A stretch of DNA of 64,000 nucleotides, from contig CAVZQN010000004.1 in NCBI GenBank assembly GCA_963777505.1, forward strand, positions 1,664,001 to 1,728,000. Reading direction: 5' to 3'. A model generated the notes under the pieces. The model searched no databases. It had not been told where the DNA came from and saw only the letters and a program-made list of their open reading frames with translations. Below are positions 39,926 through 49,557 of the stretch, one piece after another. This DNA is from an uncultured bacterium. Lineage in GTDB: Bacteria > Acidobacteriota > HRBIN11 > JAKEFK01. Position 1 is the first letter of the stretch, and each line of letters starts with the position of its first letter. Made by a program: the position numbers and the translations under genes.

Positions 39926-40423
39926 CTAAATTCGAACGAACGATTCCGGATCGTTCCATTCGCCCTTTTCCTGTTGAAATTTTTTGCTTTTATCAATAAC
40001 AACCTGACCATCATCCCCGATAGAAATTCGGAATCTTTCTAAAGGACGCGGTGCAGGCCCTTCAAAATTCATTCCTGTCATATAAAAACCACTACCATGA
40101 CAAGGACACTTAAATTTCGATTCAGCTTCCAGCCAGTTGGGTGTACATCCGAGATGTGTACAAACTGTACTCAGACAATACATTGTCTCATTTGTACGAA
40201 CAATCCAGCAGGCATACTTTTCCTTAAATCGTTCATCGACTTTATTGATTGCATAATCTTCCGGGAAACCGGCGATAAAACTTGAAGGTGGTTCAAATAA
40301 AACATTTGGAAACAAAAATCGCATTGTGGCAGTCAATGCTACTCCCATAGCAGCTGCAAATGCGCCCCATGCCAGTCCTAACCAGGAAATAAAAGCTCTG
40401 CGGGATATTGTTTCTTCCGCCAT
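39926..40423 (-). CDS. petC: Rieske iron-sulfur subunit of the Rieske/cytochrome b complex
   Basis: Tat motif SRRAF, TM helix, CTHLGC and CPCHGS, GPAPRPL. Confidence 0.9.
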   Translation of the reverse strand: MAEETISRRAFISWLGLAWGAFAAAMGVALTATMRFLFPNVLFEPPSSFIAGFPEDYAINKVDERFKEKYACWIVRTNETMYCLSTVCTHLGCTPNWLEAESKFKCPCHGSGFYMTGMNFEGPAPRPLERFRISIGDDGQVVIDKSKKFQQEKGEWNDPESFVRI

Positions 40424-40474
40424 TCACCCTCTCTTTTGCAGTGAGGTCATTTTATTTTCAAAAATGCAAACACG

Positions 40475-40504
40475 ATTATCAACTAGGATCATTTCTATTG
40501 TCAA
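40475..40504 (-). promoter_or_regulatory. Sigma70-type promoter of the Rieske/cytochrome b operon
   Basis: Minus strand TTGACA-N18-GATAAT, about 50 nt upstream of the Rieske ATG, which has a GAGGG Shine-Dalgarno. Confidence 0.6.
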
Positions 40505-40545
40505 GAACTTGCGCCGAAAATCCAAACTTATTTCAATTCTGGCTT

Positions 40546-41184
40546 TTACTTTAGTTTCAAAAAGGCTTCTGCAAAACATCCCTTTTGAAATGAGGCATCT
40601 GATTCTTGCGCGCTGATCCTAATTATCGTTCCTGGCTTGATACCAAGAGTCTGGTAGGACACCGATGAATCTAATTGATTACTTGTTATAGGCCCTTTGA
40701 CCTCACTGATTTTTTGCTCCCATGAATTCTTCTTTGAATTGTAATCATAGATGTTTTGGCCATTCAAGAATGACGAGGCCTTTTTACCCATTCCACCGCC
40801 GCAAATGTAGGTTCCTCCACCGAAATCGAGACAGATGCTGAGATCGATACGGCGTTCAAAGCCGTTCATACTACAAAACGGAATCTCACCGCCAGTTGCT
40901 GAATTGTTATCTGTGTCCAGGTAAATCGAGAGGGTTCTTCCGGCGGAATCGGTAATGTACTGCTTCACTTCTTTATGTAGAAGCGCGCTTGTTTGTAACT
41001 GGGTTCCATCGTTCTTAACCGTTACTTTAACAACATCGACTCCCTTGCTTCCTTGCATTTTGTCTTTTGCGTCCATCACTGGATGATCCAACTCAACAAC
41101 CGTTTTTGAGGCTTCCGGCGCAGCAAGAATCAAAGATGGGAATTGAAACACAAGAATTGTGAACAGGATGAAATTAAGCCGCAT
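40546..41184 (-). CDS. Hypothetical secreted protein
   Basis: AGGAGG SD, signal peptide, IYLDTDNNSATG motif, 4 Cys. Confidence 0.7.
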   Translation of the reverse strand: MRLNFILFTILVFQFPSLILAAPEASKTVVELDHPVMDAKDKMQGSKGVDVVKVTVKNDGTQLQTSALLHKEVKQYITDSAGRTLSIYLDTDNNSATGGEIPFCSMNGFERRIDLSICLDFGGGTYICGGGMGKKASSFLNGQNIYDYNSKKNSWEQKISEVKGPITSNQLDSSVSYQTLGIKPGTIIRISAQESDASFQKGCFAEAFLKLK

Positions 41185-41274
41185 TCATACCTCCTTTGGA
41201 AAGATTATCTGCCATAATTGCATAAATTCTTACCACCTGATCAGGTAGGATTGTGGTGTAAATCTCCTGAAACT

Positions 41275-41308
41275 TGAACCATTTGGCCCATTCTACGTAT
41301 GCTATAAT
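41275..41308 (+). promoter_or_regulatory. Candidate overlapping ECF-sigma and extended -10 promoters for pspA
   Basis: TGAAC-N16-CGTA (41275-41299) immediately followed by TGcTATAAT (41300-41308). Confidence 0.4.
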
Positions 41309-41418
41309 TTCAAGACTAGGAATCGTGACGCCTGAGTCGAAATTAAAATAAGTCTTACTCGGCGTATCGGCGTTAGAGATTAAAGTAACGACTCGCCTGC
41401 AATGATGAGGAGGTCAGC

Positions 41419-42180
41419 ATGTTTCAGCGCGTGACGCGGATGTTTTCCGCAATGTTCAACTGGTTGATGGGAAAGACTGAGTCCCAAATGACTGTTCCTA
41501 TGCTGGAACAGACCGTGCGTGAAATGCTAGAAAGCCTGAAGACCCTCCGTGAGGCGACTGCGATGACCCTTGGCTTCGAAGCGCGACAGGAACGAGAGTT
41601 CAAGGTGAAAAGAGAACGCGTAAAAACCTTGCAAGCTCAAGCTGAAGAAGCATTAGGTCAGGGGAATGAAAAATTGGCACGACGTGCGCTACAGTTGCAA
41701 TTGGAAGCGCAGGGAGAACTTGAACGTGCTGAGCAAATGTGGAAAAGCGCGAAGGTACGCGCGGATGCATCACGCGCCAAACTAAAAGTAGAAGAAGAAA
41801 AAGTTCAAGAAAAGATCCGTAAGCTGGGTGAACTGAAATCGATCGCTGCAATGAATGAAGCTCAACGTAAAATGCATGAGATTACTGATAAATACAATAT
41901 CGACGGAGCTATGAGTACGTTCGACAATGCAGCGACTCAAATTCAGGAACAATCCGATCGTCTCGCTGCCTACGATAAGATTGCGGTAAGCGAAGGTGAT
42001 GAATTGGATAAACAGCTAGATCAATTAACAGGCAAAGTTAAAGTTGATCAGGCATTGGAAGATCTAAAACGTAAGATGGGACTATCGAAAGAAGCGCCAG
42101 TATCGCAGCAACAACAGCAGCAGCAGCAGCCCGAATCACAAAAGATTTCATCAGCATTTGATACGGAGAAAGAAAACTAA
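41419..42180 (+). CDS. pspA: PspA/IM30 (Vipp1) family protein
   Basis: Amphipathic N-terminus MFQRVTRMF, MLEQTVREM, AEEALGQGNEKLARRAL, coiled coil, ALEDLKRKMG; GAGGAGG SD; Q8 tail. Confidence 0.85.
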   Translation: MFQRVTRMFSAMFNWLMGKTESQMTVPMLEQTVREMLESLKTLREATAMTLGFEARQEREFKVKRERVKTLQAQAEEALGQGNEKLARRALQLQLEAQGELERAEQMWKSAKVRADASRAKLKVEEEKVQEKIRKLGELKSIAAMNEAQRKMHEITDKYNIDGAMSTFDNAATQIQEQSDRLAAYDKIAVSEGDELDKQLDQLTGKVKVDQALEDLKRKMGLSKEAPVSQQQQQQQQPESQKISSAFDTEKEN

Positions 42181-42270
42181 ATCAAACAAACTTCGTGCTT
42201 CTTCGTGATCTTCGTGGTTTACTAAAACACGTCGGCTCGCCCGTGCGGCAAATGCCTATGGAAGCTTAAT

Positions 42271-43884
42271 ATGTACAAGCTGGTCTACAAGGAGGGGGAT
42301 AAAACCAATTCCTATTCTGTTGAGAAAAGCGACGTATCGATTGGGCGTGCTTCTGATAACGACATCATCATCAACGACTTTGGTGTTTCCCGGCACCATG
42401 CGCGCATCACTCTCAGCAAAGCAGAGAACTACATTGTTGATTTGAATTCACGCAACGGTACACGAGTGAATAATGTCCTTGTTACTCGTGGCAGTTTGCA
42501 AGACGGTGATGAAATCAATCTTGGAAAATTCTCGCTCCGGTTCACAAGCTCAACAGACGATCGAGTTCTTCTGGAAGAAACGGGCGATAATCTTTTAAGT
42601 CCCGGGACTTTTATTAAGCCGATCAGTGAAATTCAAAAAATGATTCCGGATGTGCTTCCGGAAAGTACACAGCCTGCCGCAATAAGCCAAATTCAAAAAA
42701 ACAATCAGATTCTTGGAGTTCTGATCCGCGTCGCAAAATCTTTGCTGACAGTTCAGCCTTTGAATGAAGTTTTGAATCTTGTAATGGAATTAATCTTTGA
42801 ACACTTAAGCGCAGAACGTGGTTTTCTGATGCTTTACGATGAACATTCAGGAGATTTGATTCCAAAAGTTGTGAAGTATCGCGATCCACAAGCGGATTCC
42901 GGAAGAATTACGATCAGCAAAACGATTACAAATAAAGTTTTTTCTGACAAAGTTGCAATCTTAACTTCAGATGCCCTTTTCGATCCTCGTTTTGATGGTG
43001 GTGCCAGCATCATTTTTCACAATATCCGTTCGGCTATGTGTGCGCCTCTATGGAATAAAGATGATGTCATCGGCGTTGTTTTTATTGATTCAACAACAAA
43101 AACAAGCACATTCAATCCAGGTGATCTTGATCTGTTAACAGCGCTTGCGAATTATGCGGCCATTGGAATCGAACAAGCAAGATTAAATGAAAAAATCAAA
43201 GAGGAAGTAAAACGTCGCAGTCAGCTAGAACGTTACCACTCGCCTTCAGTGATAAGCCGAATGATGAATTCAGCGGAAACGGATATTGATGCGCAGGAAG
43301 TAGAAGCCTCAATCCTTTTTTCGGACATTGTTGGTTTTACTGGAATGTCGGAAAGAATGGAACCACATCGTGTCGGTTTATTGCTGAATGAATACTTTGG
43401 TGAAATGACTGATGTAATTTTTCATTATGAAGGAACACTCGATAAATTCATCGGTGATGCAATTATGGCTGTGTTTGGTGCGCCGCTTCCAATGGAAGAT
43501 CACGCGGTTCGTGCAGTCAAGGCTTCTTTAGACATGCGTGAAAAATTAAAGGAATTTAATAAAGAAAACTTTGCGCAGCAACACATTGAAATACGGATTG
43601 GAATCAATAGCGGTCGTGTAGTTGCCGGAGATATCGGGTCACCGAAACGTATCGAATACACAGTGCTGGGGAATACTGTTAACATTGCTCAACGACTTGA
43701 AGCAGGTGTAGCAAAGCCGGGCCAGATTGTGATTGGCGCAAATACTTACGAACTAGTAAAAGATCATTTTGAAACACGAGAGCTTGGAGCATTCAGTCTG
43801 AAAGGACTGGAACAAATGACAAACGTTTACGAAGTGATTGCTGAAAAATCAAAAGACAAAGATTCTGAAGAGAAACAAGCCTAA
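42271..43884 (+). CDS. Class III adenylate cyclase, FHA-GAF-cyclase
   Basis: FHA IGRASDND...SRHHA...SRNGT; GAF; catalytic LFSDIVGFT, DKFIGDAIMA, YTVLGNTVNIAQRLE. Confidence 0.9.
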   Translation: MYKLVYKEGDKTNSYSVEKSDVSIGRASDNDIIINDFGVSRHHARITLSKAENYIVDLNSRNGTRVNNVLVTRGSLQDGDEINLGKFSLRFTSSTDDRVLLEETGDNLLSPGTFIKPISEIQKMIPDVLPESTQPAAISQIQKNNQILGVLIRVAKSLLTVQPLNEVLNLVMELIFEHLSAERGFLMLYDEHSGDLIPKVVKYRDPQADSGRITISKTITNKVFSDKVAILTSDALFDPRFDGGASIIFHNIRSAMCAPLWNKDDVIGVVFIDSTTKTSTFNPGDLDLLTALANYAAIGIEQARLNEKIKEEVKRRSQLERYHSPSVISRMMNSAETDIDAQEVEASILFSDIVGFTGMSERMEPHRVGLLLNEYFGEMTDVIFHYEGTLDKFIGDAIMAVFGAPLPMEDHAVRAVKASLDMREKLKEFNKENFAQQHIEIRIGINSGRVVAGDIGSPKRIEYTVLGNTVNIAQRLEAGVAKPGQIVIGANTYELVKDHFETRELGAFSLKGLEQMTNVYEVIAEKSKDKDSEEKQA

Positions 43885-43889
43885 AATCG

Positions 43890-45629
43890 ATGGCGATTTT
43901 TACTGAACGTAAAATCAAGAACAGCATTCTTGTTACTCTTACACTTCTGTTCCTTGCAATCGGAGTGATCCCTCTTTTTGTAAGTTCCTGGATACTAATC
44001 ACCAATAATAGAGAACGTCTTCAGACCAATCTTCAAGAAAGTTTTGTTACGATTGCCGCAAGTGTTTCAACTCGAATTTCATCCTATATAGAAAACTACC
44101 GCTATCAAATTCGTGAATTGATTCCCCGTGCAGGGACCTTCGTTCGAAATCTGGATGCGCCTTCAGTGCGATCAGAACTTCCTACCTTCCTAAAAGATCT
44201 CAACATGTTGAAGGCAACTATTTATCTTCCATCTGGCAGAGGTCCGGCTGCGAAACGGCCTGAATTCGATGATGGAAGCGTCAGAATTGAAGAAGAGAAA
44301 GCATTTAACAATGCAATTCAGGGTAAATCGTACATCGGCGGACCTTTTTTCATTTCTGAGCAAGACCGAACTGTACTTTTGGTTGCGGAGCCTTTGACAG
44401 ATTCGACTGGCAATATGATCGGAGTTTTGTGCGTCATCGTTAGCGCCGATCCATTAATGCAAATTATTGCTGATGAAAGCGTCGGTGGAATCAGTGTGTA
44501 TGTTGTAGATCCAAACGGCAGACTTGTCCTCCATCCAAAGAAAACTGAAATGCAGCAAAGGCGGGATCTATCAAAGACAGCAATCGTTAGCGATTTTATT
44601 CGTACGCGTGGACGCGTTTCAACAGTCCGTTTGTATGAGGAGAAACAAGGGGGCAAAACGACAGAAGTTCTTGGATCAAACTGGGCAGTGGAAGATGTAG
44701 GTTGGGGAGTGATGGTACAGATTGAGCGGGACATCGCTTTTGAGTCTGTAAATGACATGATCCGCCAATCCGTAGCCTGGGGTTTTTTGTTCGCCCTTGT
44801 TGCTGCAGTTGTGGGTTTTCTTTTCGCGCGATGGATCACACGTCCGGTTCAACAACTTGCTCAACATGCATTGGATGTTGGACGCAATCAAAATTTCGAT
44901 AAAAAGATCGAGATAAAAGCAAGTAACGAAATTCAACAGCTGGCAGACACTTTCAATTACATGACCGATGAAGTTAAACAAAACATTCAGGGTCTTCAGG
45001 CTGCCGCGCGTGAGAACAAAGAGCTGTTCATGAGCTCAATTCGTATGCTTGCTGCCGCAATTGATGCGAAAGACCCATACACTCGCGGTCATTCAGAACG
45101 TGTGAAAGATTACAGCCTTGTGATTGGAAGGGCACTTGGTTTTAGCGCGGCAGAATTGGAACGGCTTGAGATTGGCGCACTTTTACACGATGTAGGAAAA
45201 ATCGGAATTGATGACAGGATTTTACGAAAACCTACAAACCTCACTCCGGATGAATTTGAAGTAATGAAAACCCATCCAGATAAAGGCGCAGCCATTCTTT
45301 CACAAATTGAGCAGCTTCGTGACATCATTCCTGGAATGCGCGCTCATCATGAGAATTTCGACGGAAGTGGCTATCCTAAAGGATTGAAGGGTGAAGACAT
45401 TCCCTTGTTAGGCCGTGTGATGACTGTGGCTGATACATTTGATGCGATGACCACAGATCGTCCGTATCAAAAAGCATTTACACTGGATTTTGCTTTGAAC
45501 CGTATTCGCACTCTGGCCGGTGTGAAATACGATCCAAAAATTGTAGATGCGTTTGGAAGAGCCTGTGAAGAAGGGAAAGTTGTTTTGCATAAGCCATCAC
45601 GTCCGCGCCCACGTCAGCCCGTCGCTTAA
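43890..45629 (+). CDS. Membrane HD-GYP phosphodiesterase (Cache-HAMP-HD-GYP)
   Basis: TM-Cache-TM-HAMP; DPYTRGHSERV, LLHDVGKIG, HHENFDGSGYP, ADTFDAMTTDRPY. Confidence 0.9.
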   Translation: MAIFTERKIKNSILVTLTLLFLAIGVIPLFVSSWILITNNRERLQTNLQESFVTIAASVSTRISSYIENYRYQIRELIPRAGTFVRNLDAPSVRSELPTFLKDLNMLKATIYLPSGRGPAAKRPEFDDGSVRIEEEKAFNNAIQGKSYIGGPFFISEQDRTVLLVAEPLTDSTGNMIGVLCVIVSADPLMQIIADESVGGISVYVVDPNGRLVLHPKKTEMQQRRDLSKTAIVSDFIRTRGRVSTVRLYEEKQGGKTTEVLGSNWAVEDVGWGVMVQIERDIAFESVNDMIRQSVAWGFLFALVAAVVGFLFARWITRPVQQLAQHALDVGRNQNFDKKIEIKASNEIQQLADTFNYMTDEVKQNIQGLQAAARENKELFMSSIRMLAAAIDAKDPYTRGHSERVKDYSLVIGRALGFSAAELERLEIGALLHDVGKIGIDDRILRKPTNLTPDEFEVMKTHPDKGAAILSQIEQLRDIIPGMRAHHENFDGSGYPKGLKGEDIPLLGRVMTVADTFDAMTTDRPYQKAFTLDFALNRIRTLAGVKYDPKIVDAFGRACEEGKVVLHKPSRPRPRQPVA

Positions 45630-45689
45630 AGCAAACCGCAAAGACACAGAGATCAAAAAATACGTGCAGTCATGTTATACTTTTGTGCG

Positions 45690-46472
45690 ATGAAACGAGC
45701 CGTAATACTTTTTTTGGTCGTTCCGTTGATTTTCCTGGCCTGCAGTGGAAAAAATCAAGCCGGCAAGCCACCTAAGACTCCCGACAATCCTTATGCAGAG
45801 CTGAAGCAAGCCGATCAATTGCTTGTTCACAAACGATGCGCGGAAGCGGTCGTTGCTTATTCAAATTTTGTTAAGAAATATCCAAAAGATGCTGGTGGAT
45901 GGAATTCTCTCGGTATTTCTCATTTATGCGAATCGCAACCTCAAGAAGCTGTAGTAGCTTTAAAACAGGCAATCGTACTTCAGCCAGCGTTTTCGGATGT
46001 GCATAACAATCTTGGGATTGCATACATTGAACTAAAGGACTATCCGTCGGCGCGGCAGCATTTTTTCAAAGCACTGGAAGATCCACAATATGGCAAGGCT
46101 GGTCCTTATTACAATCTTGCAAAGCTCACGTATTTGGAAGGAAATTACGAAGAATCGAGAGCCCTTGCGAAAAAGACGCTGGATATCACACCGAAAGAGA
46201 AAAACCATGGTCCACGTTTGCTGTATGCATTTTCGCTTGAAATGCTGGGTAGATATGACGAAGCTACTCTGCAATTCAAAGAAGTGTTGAAAACGGCGCC
46301 GGATAACGTTGAAGCTTGTTATCATCTCGCTTCCGTTTTGAAGCGTCAAAATCAACCTTGTGAAGCTCGCGAATATTATCGCAGAGTTATCGATGCTGAT
46401 CCTCTGGGTGATCTTGGACAAAAATCGATTGCTGAAGTGAAAGCGCTGCACTGTCCGAAATCTACGAATTAA
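45690..46472 (+). CDS. TPR lipoprotein (PilF/PilW-like)
   Basis: Lipobox FLAC; TPRs including VHNNLGIAY and FFKALEDPQY...YYNLA. ATG 45690 preferred. Confidence 0.78.
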   Translation: MKRAVILFLVVPLIFLACSGKNQAGKPPKTPDNPYAELKQADQLLVHKRCAEAVVAYSNFVKKYPKDAGGWNSLGISHLCESQPQEAVVALKQAIVLQPAFSDVHNNLGIAYIELKDYPSARQHFFKALEDPQYGKAGPYYNLAKLTYLEGNYEESRALAKKTLDITPKEKNHGPRLLYAFSLEMLGRYDEATLQFKEVLKTAPDNVEACYHLASVLKRQNQPCEAREYYRRVIDADPLGDLGQKSIAEVKALHCPKSTN

Positions 46473-46482
46473 CCTCTCACAA

Positions 46483-46824
46483 ATGCCTTTTCAGGCCTTA
46501 CTCGACCGAATGATGAACGTAAAAGGAGTTGAGGCCGTTGCATTTCTGGATCAAGAAGGGGAAGCCATTTTGACTCGAAGCAATGTCGATGGCGATCATC
46601 TAAAGATCCTGGGAGCTTATCAGGGAATTGTCATGTCCACGATTGTGAATGTGGGTCTAACAGAGACACGGACTCTGATTACGTCTTATACTCACCGTTC
46701 AGTGTTGACCCATCGTTTAAAAGATGGTTATTTTATCTGCGCTCTTCTTTCGAAAGATTTACCTTATGCTCAAGCGCAATTTGCGTTTGCAGAAATTTAT
46801 AACCTTATTGAAAATGAACTGTAA
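46483..46824 (+). CDS. Roadblock/LC7 (MglB-like) domain protein
   Basis: FQALLDRM..VKGVEAVAFLDQEGEAI...LKDGYFICALL pattern. Confidence 0.7.
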   Translation: MPFQALLDRMMNVKGVEAVAFLDQEGEAILTRSNVDGDHLKILGAYQGIVMSTIVNVGLTETRTLITSYTHRSVLTHRLKDGYFICALLSKDLPYAQAQFAFAEIYNLIENEL

Positions 46825-46851
46825 TTAACCACAAAGGCACAAAGAAAAGCG

Positions 46852-47790
46852 ATGTTTGAATTTATTACTGAAGAAAAAACATTTTTACAGAAACTAAAAA
46901 GCGGTTTGAAAAAGACCAAGGAAGGCCTTGGTAGTCAAATTGACAACATGATGAAAGCTGGACGCGAAATTGATGACGAAATTCTTTCGAGTCTTGAAGA
47001 AGCATTGTTACAATCCGATATCGGAGTTGGACTTACGATGCACCTTATGGATCTTGTCAATGAACGGATCCGCAGCAATCAATTGTCCGATGCAGCAGCC
47101 GTCAAGAAGTTAATTCATGACGAACTGATGTCAATTTTTAAGAATACGGATCCATGGTGGGAGAAAAAGTATCCGAAGCCTGCGGTGTTTTTGATTATTG
47201 GAGTCAATGGAGTTGGTAAAACCACTACGATCGCGAAACTTGCGCATGAATATAAGAAGCAAAATAAGAAGCTTTTGATTGCAGCCGCTGACACATTTCG
47301 GGCTGCTGCAGTTGAACAACTTCAAATCTGGGCCGACAGAATCGGTGTGGAATTATTAAAACAAAACCAGGGAAGTGATCCTGCAGCGGTTGTTTTTGAT
47401 GCACTTTCAGCTGCAAAAGCACAAAACAAAGATCTAGTTTTAATTGATACTGCTGGACGTCTTCATACCAAGTCCAATTTGATGCAGGAGCTTGCGAAGA
47501 TGCGAAAGATTGCACAACGCGAAGTTGCAGGAGCACCACACGAAAGCTGGCTTGTTCTGGATGCGACTGTTGGACAGAATGGGATTGTACAGGCGCGCGA
47601 ATTTATGAACATTACCCCGATTACTGGAATTATTCTTACCAAAATAGATGGCACCGCAAGGGGCGGAATCGTTGTCAGCATCGCGAAAGAATTGGGTGTA
47701 CCGATCAAATTTCTCGGTGTGGGTGAAGGTTTGGATGACCTGATCCCATTCGACCCCCCCAAATTCATCAACGCTTTGCTGGAATCCTAG
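46852..47790 (+). CDS. ftsY: Signal recognition particle receptor FtsY
   Basis: GVNGVGKTTTIAKLA, DTFRAAAVEQL, DTAGRLHTK, TKIDGTARGG. Confidence 0.96.
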   Translation: MFEFITEEKTFLQKLKSGLKKTKEGLGSQIDNMMKAGREIDDEILSSLEEALLQSDIGVGLTMHLMDLVNERIRSNQLSDAAAVKKLIHDELMSIFKNTDPWWEKKYPKPAVFLIIGVNGVGKTTTIAKLAHEYKKQNKKLLIAAADTFRAAAVEQLQIWADRIGVELLKQNQGSDPAAVVFDALSAAKAQNKDLVLIDTAGRLHTKSNLMQELAKMRKIAQREVAGAPHESWLVLDATVGQNGIVQAREFMNITPITGIILTKIDGTARGGIVVSIAKELGVPIKFLGVGEGLDDLIPFDPPKFINALLES

Positions 47791-47821
47791 TTCTTTGCGT
47801 CTTTGCGGTTAAAATAAAAAC

Positions 47822-48892
47822 ATGGATCATTACTACCTGAATTTGGCTTATCACCTCGCGCTTCAAAATGCAGGGAAGACTTCGCCTAATCCATCTGTTG
47901 GAGCCGTAATTGTAAAAGATGGTCAGGTTGTTGGCACTGCATTCCACCCTGCTGCAGGCGAATCGCATGCAGAAGTTCTCGCGCTTCAACAAGCGGGTTC
48001 GGCCGCAAAAGATGCGACCTTATATTCAAGCTTGGAACCTTGTGCACATGAAGGCAAAACACCGCCCTGTGTGAATTCAATTCGAAATTCAGGAATCAAA
48101 CGCGTCGTTTTTGGCGCAGTGGATCAAAATCCTTTGGTCAATGGAAAAGGCGTTGAAGCCTTGAAGTCCTTCGGAATTCAAGTCGATCAGCTTGAAATGA
48201 AACCGATTGAAAGTTTTTACGACCCTTATTTCCATACTATTCGAACAGGCCGTCCATACATGATTGCGAAAGTAGGCGCTACTGCAAACGGAATCATTTC
48301 GCCGGCTGATCGCAACTCAAGATGGATCACAAATGAAACCAGTTTGGCATGGGTTCATCAACTGCGTGCACAATGTGATGCGATATTAGTTGGGGCTGAT
48401 ACAGTTCTGTTGGATCGTCCGCATCTGACCGTTCGAGCTTCTGCTATCGCTCCACGCAAACCAATCCGGATTGTTCTTGATTCCAGATTGAAACTTTCTC
48501 CTGAAGAATGTTCTCTTGTAGAAAATGACGCGCCGATCATTATTTGTACTTCAGAATCAGCATCAAAAGACCGTGAGAATCTATGGCAACAGTACAAGAA
48601 TGTTCAGGTTCTAAGATTTCAGGGTATTTCAACGCTGCTGCCCGCCTTGCTCAAGCGTGGTATACGTAAGATCCTGGTTGAAGGTGGACAGAAGATATTC
48701 ACTCTATTTCACACCGCCAATGTGATCGATGAATACGTATTAATGATCGCACCACGTCTTTTGACGGGAAAACATTTCTTGAACCTTTTAGGCGGACCGG
48801 AACAATCTCTTTCGGAAGCGCAACGATATCGAGTAGACCCTCCGCAAGAATTAGATGGAGATGTGATTCTCCGTTTGCGAAAGCCTCGCTGA
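47822..48892 (+). CDS. ribD: Bifunctional riboflavin deaminase/reductase RibD
   Basis: PNPSVGAVIV, HAE, LEPCAH..KTPPC, DAILVG, LVEGG. Confidence 0.95.
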   Translation: MDHYYLNLAYHLALQNAGKTSPNPSVGAVIVKDGQVVGTAFHPAAGESHAEVLALQQAGSAAKDATLYSSLEPCAHEGKTPPCVNSIRNSGIKRVVFGAVDQNPLVNGKGVEALKSFGIQVDQLEMKPIESFYDPYFHTIRTGRPYMIAKVGATANGIISPADRNSRWITNETSLAWVHQLRAQCDAILVGADTVLLDRPHLTVRASAIAPRKPIRIVLDSRLKLSPEECSLVENDAPIIICTSESASKDRENLWQQYKNVQVLRFQGISTLLPALLKRGIRKILVEGGQKIFTLFHTANVIDEYVLMIAPRLLTGKHFLNLLGGPEQSLSEAQRYRVDPPQELDGDVILRLRKPR

Positions 48893-48902
48893 GTTAGCAA
48901 TC

Positions 48903-49523
48903 ATGTTTAACGGAATAATCGAAACGACTGGCAAAATAGTCTTCATTGAAAATTCCAGGAGCAAATCAACGCGTTTCGTTATTGATGCCGGTCAGATTGC
49001 GAAACAATTGAACCCTGGTGACAGCTTAGCCGTAGATGGCGTTTGTCTAACGGTTACACAGCGAAGTGGCAGGAAAGTCACCGTTGATATTTCGCCTGAG
49101 ACTCTAAAGCGAACAAACTTTAGAACACGCTCTGATGGGATGCGTGTAAATCTTGAGATGCCAATTACAGTAAGCACTTTTATCAGCGGTCATTTCGTTC
49201 AAGGGCATGTAGAGGGCTTGGGACGTACAGTTAAATGGAAACGGAAGGGAAGCGATGTCAGGCTCCGAGTTGAATTGCCGGCAGATTTGATTTCATACTG
49301 TGTACCCAAAGGTTCTATTACCTTAAATGGAGTCAGTCTCACAATAGCTAAACTGAAGAAAAATACCGTCGAAATCGCACTCATCCCCTACACGATACAG
49401 CATACGAATCTCGGCGATCTCCAAGAGGGAGATCCCGTCAACGTTGAGACGGATATGATCGGCCGGTATGTTGTCAGCGTCGTGAAAAACACCTATGATA
49501 AAGAAAGATTTAAGAAGCGATAA
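48903..49523 (+). CDS. ribE: Riboflavin synthase (alpha chain)
   Basis: [45 protein letters not shown]. Confidence 0.95.
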   Translation: MFNGIIETTGKIVFIENSRSKSTRFVIDAGQIAKQLNPGDSLAVDGVCLTVTQRSGRKVTVDISPETLKRTNFRTRSDGMRVNLEMPITVSTFISGHFVQGHVEGLGRTVKWKRKGSDVRLRVELPADLISYCVPKGSITLNGVSLTIAKLKKNTVEIALIPYTIQHTNLGDLQEGDPVNVETDMIGRYVVSVVKNTYDKERFKKR

Positions 49524-49557
49524 AATACTACCGCTATTCGTGTAGCCGGGGGCAGAA

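Noticed and set aside
42106-42129. Phase-variable CAG tract in pspA
   Set aside because: It is an in-frame mixed CAG/CAA Q8 in a disordered tail; length changes would not shift the frame.
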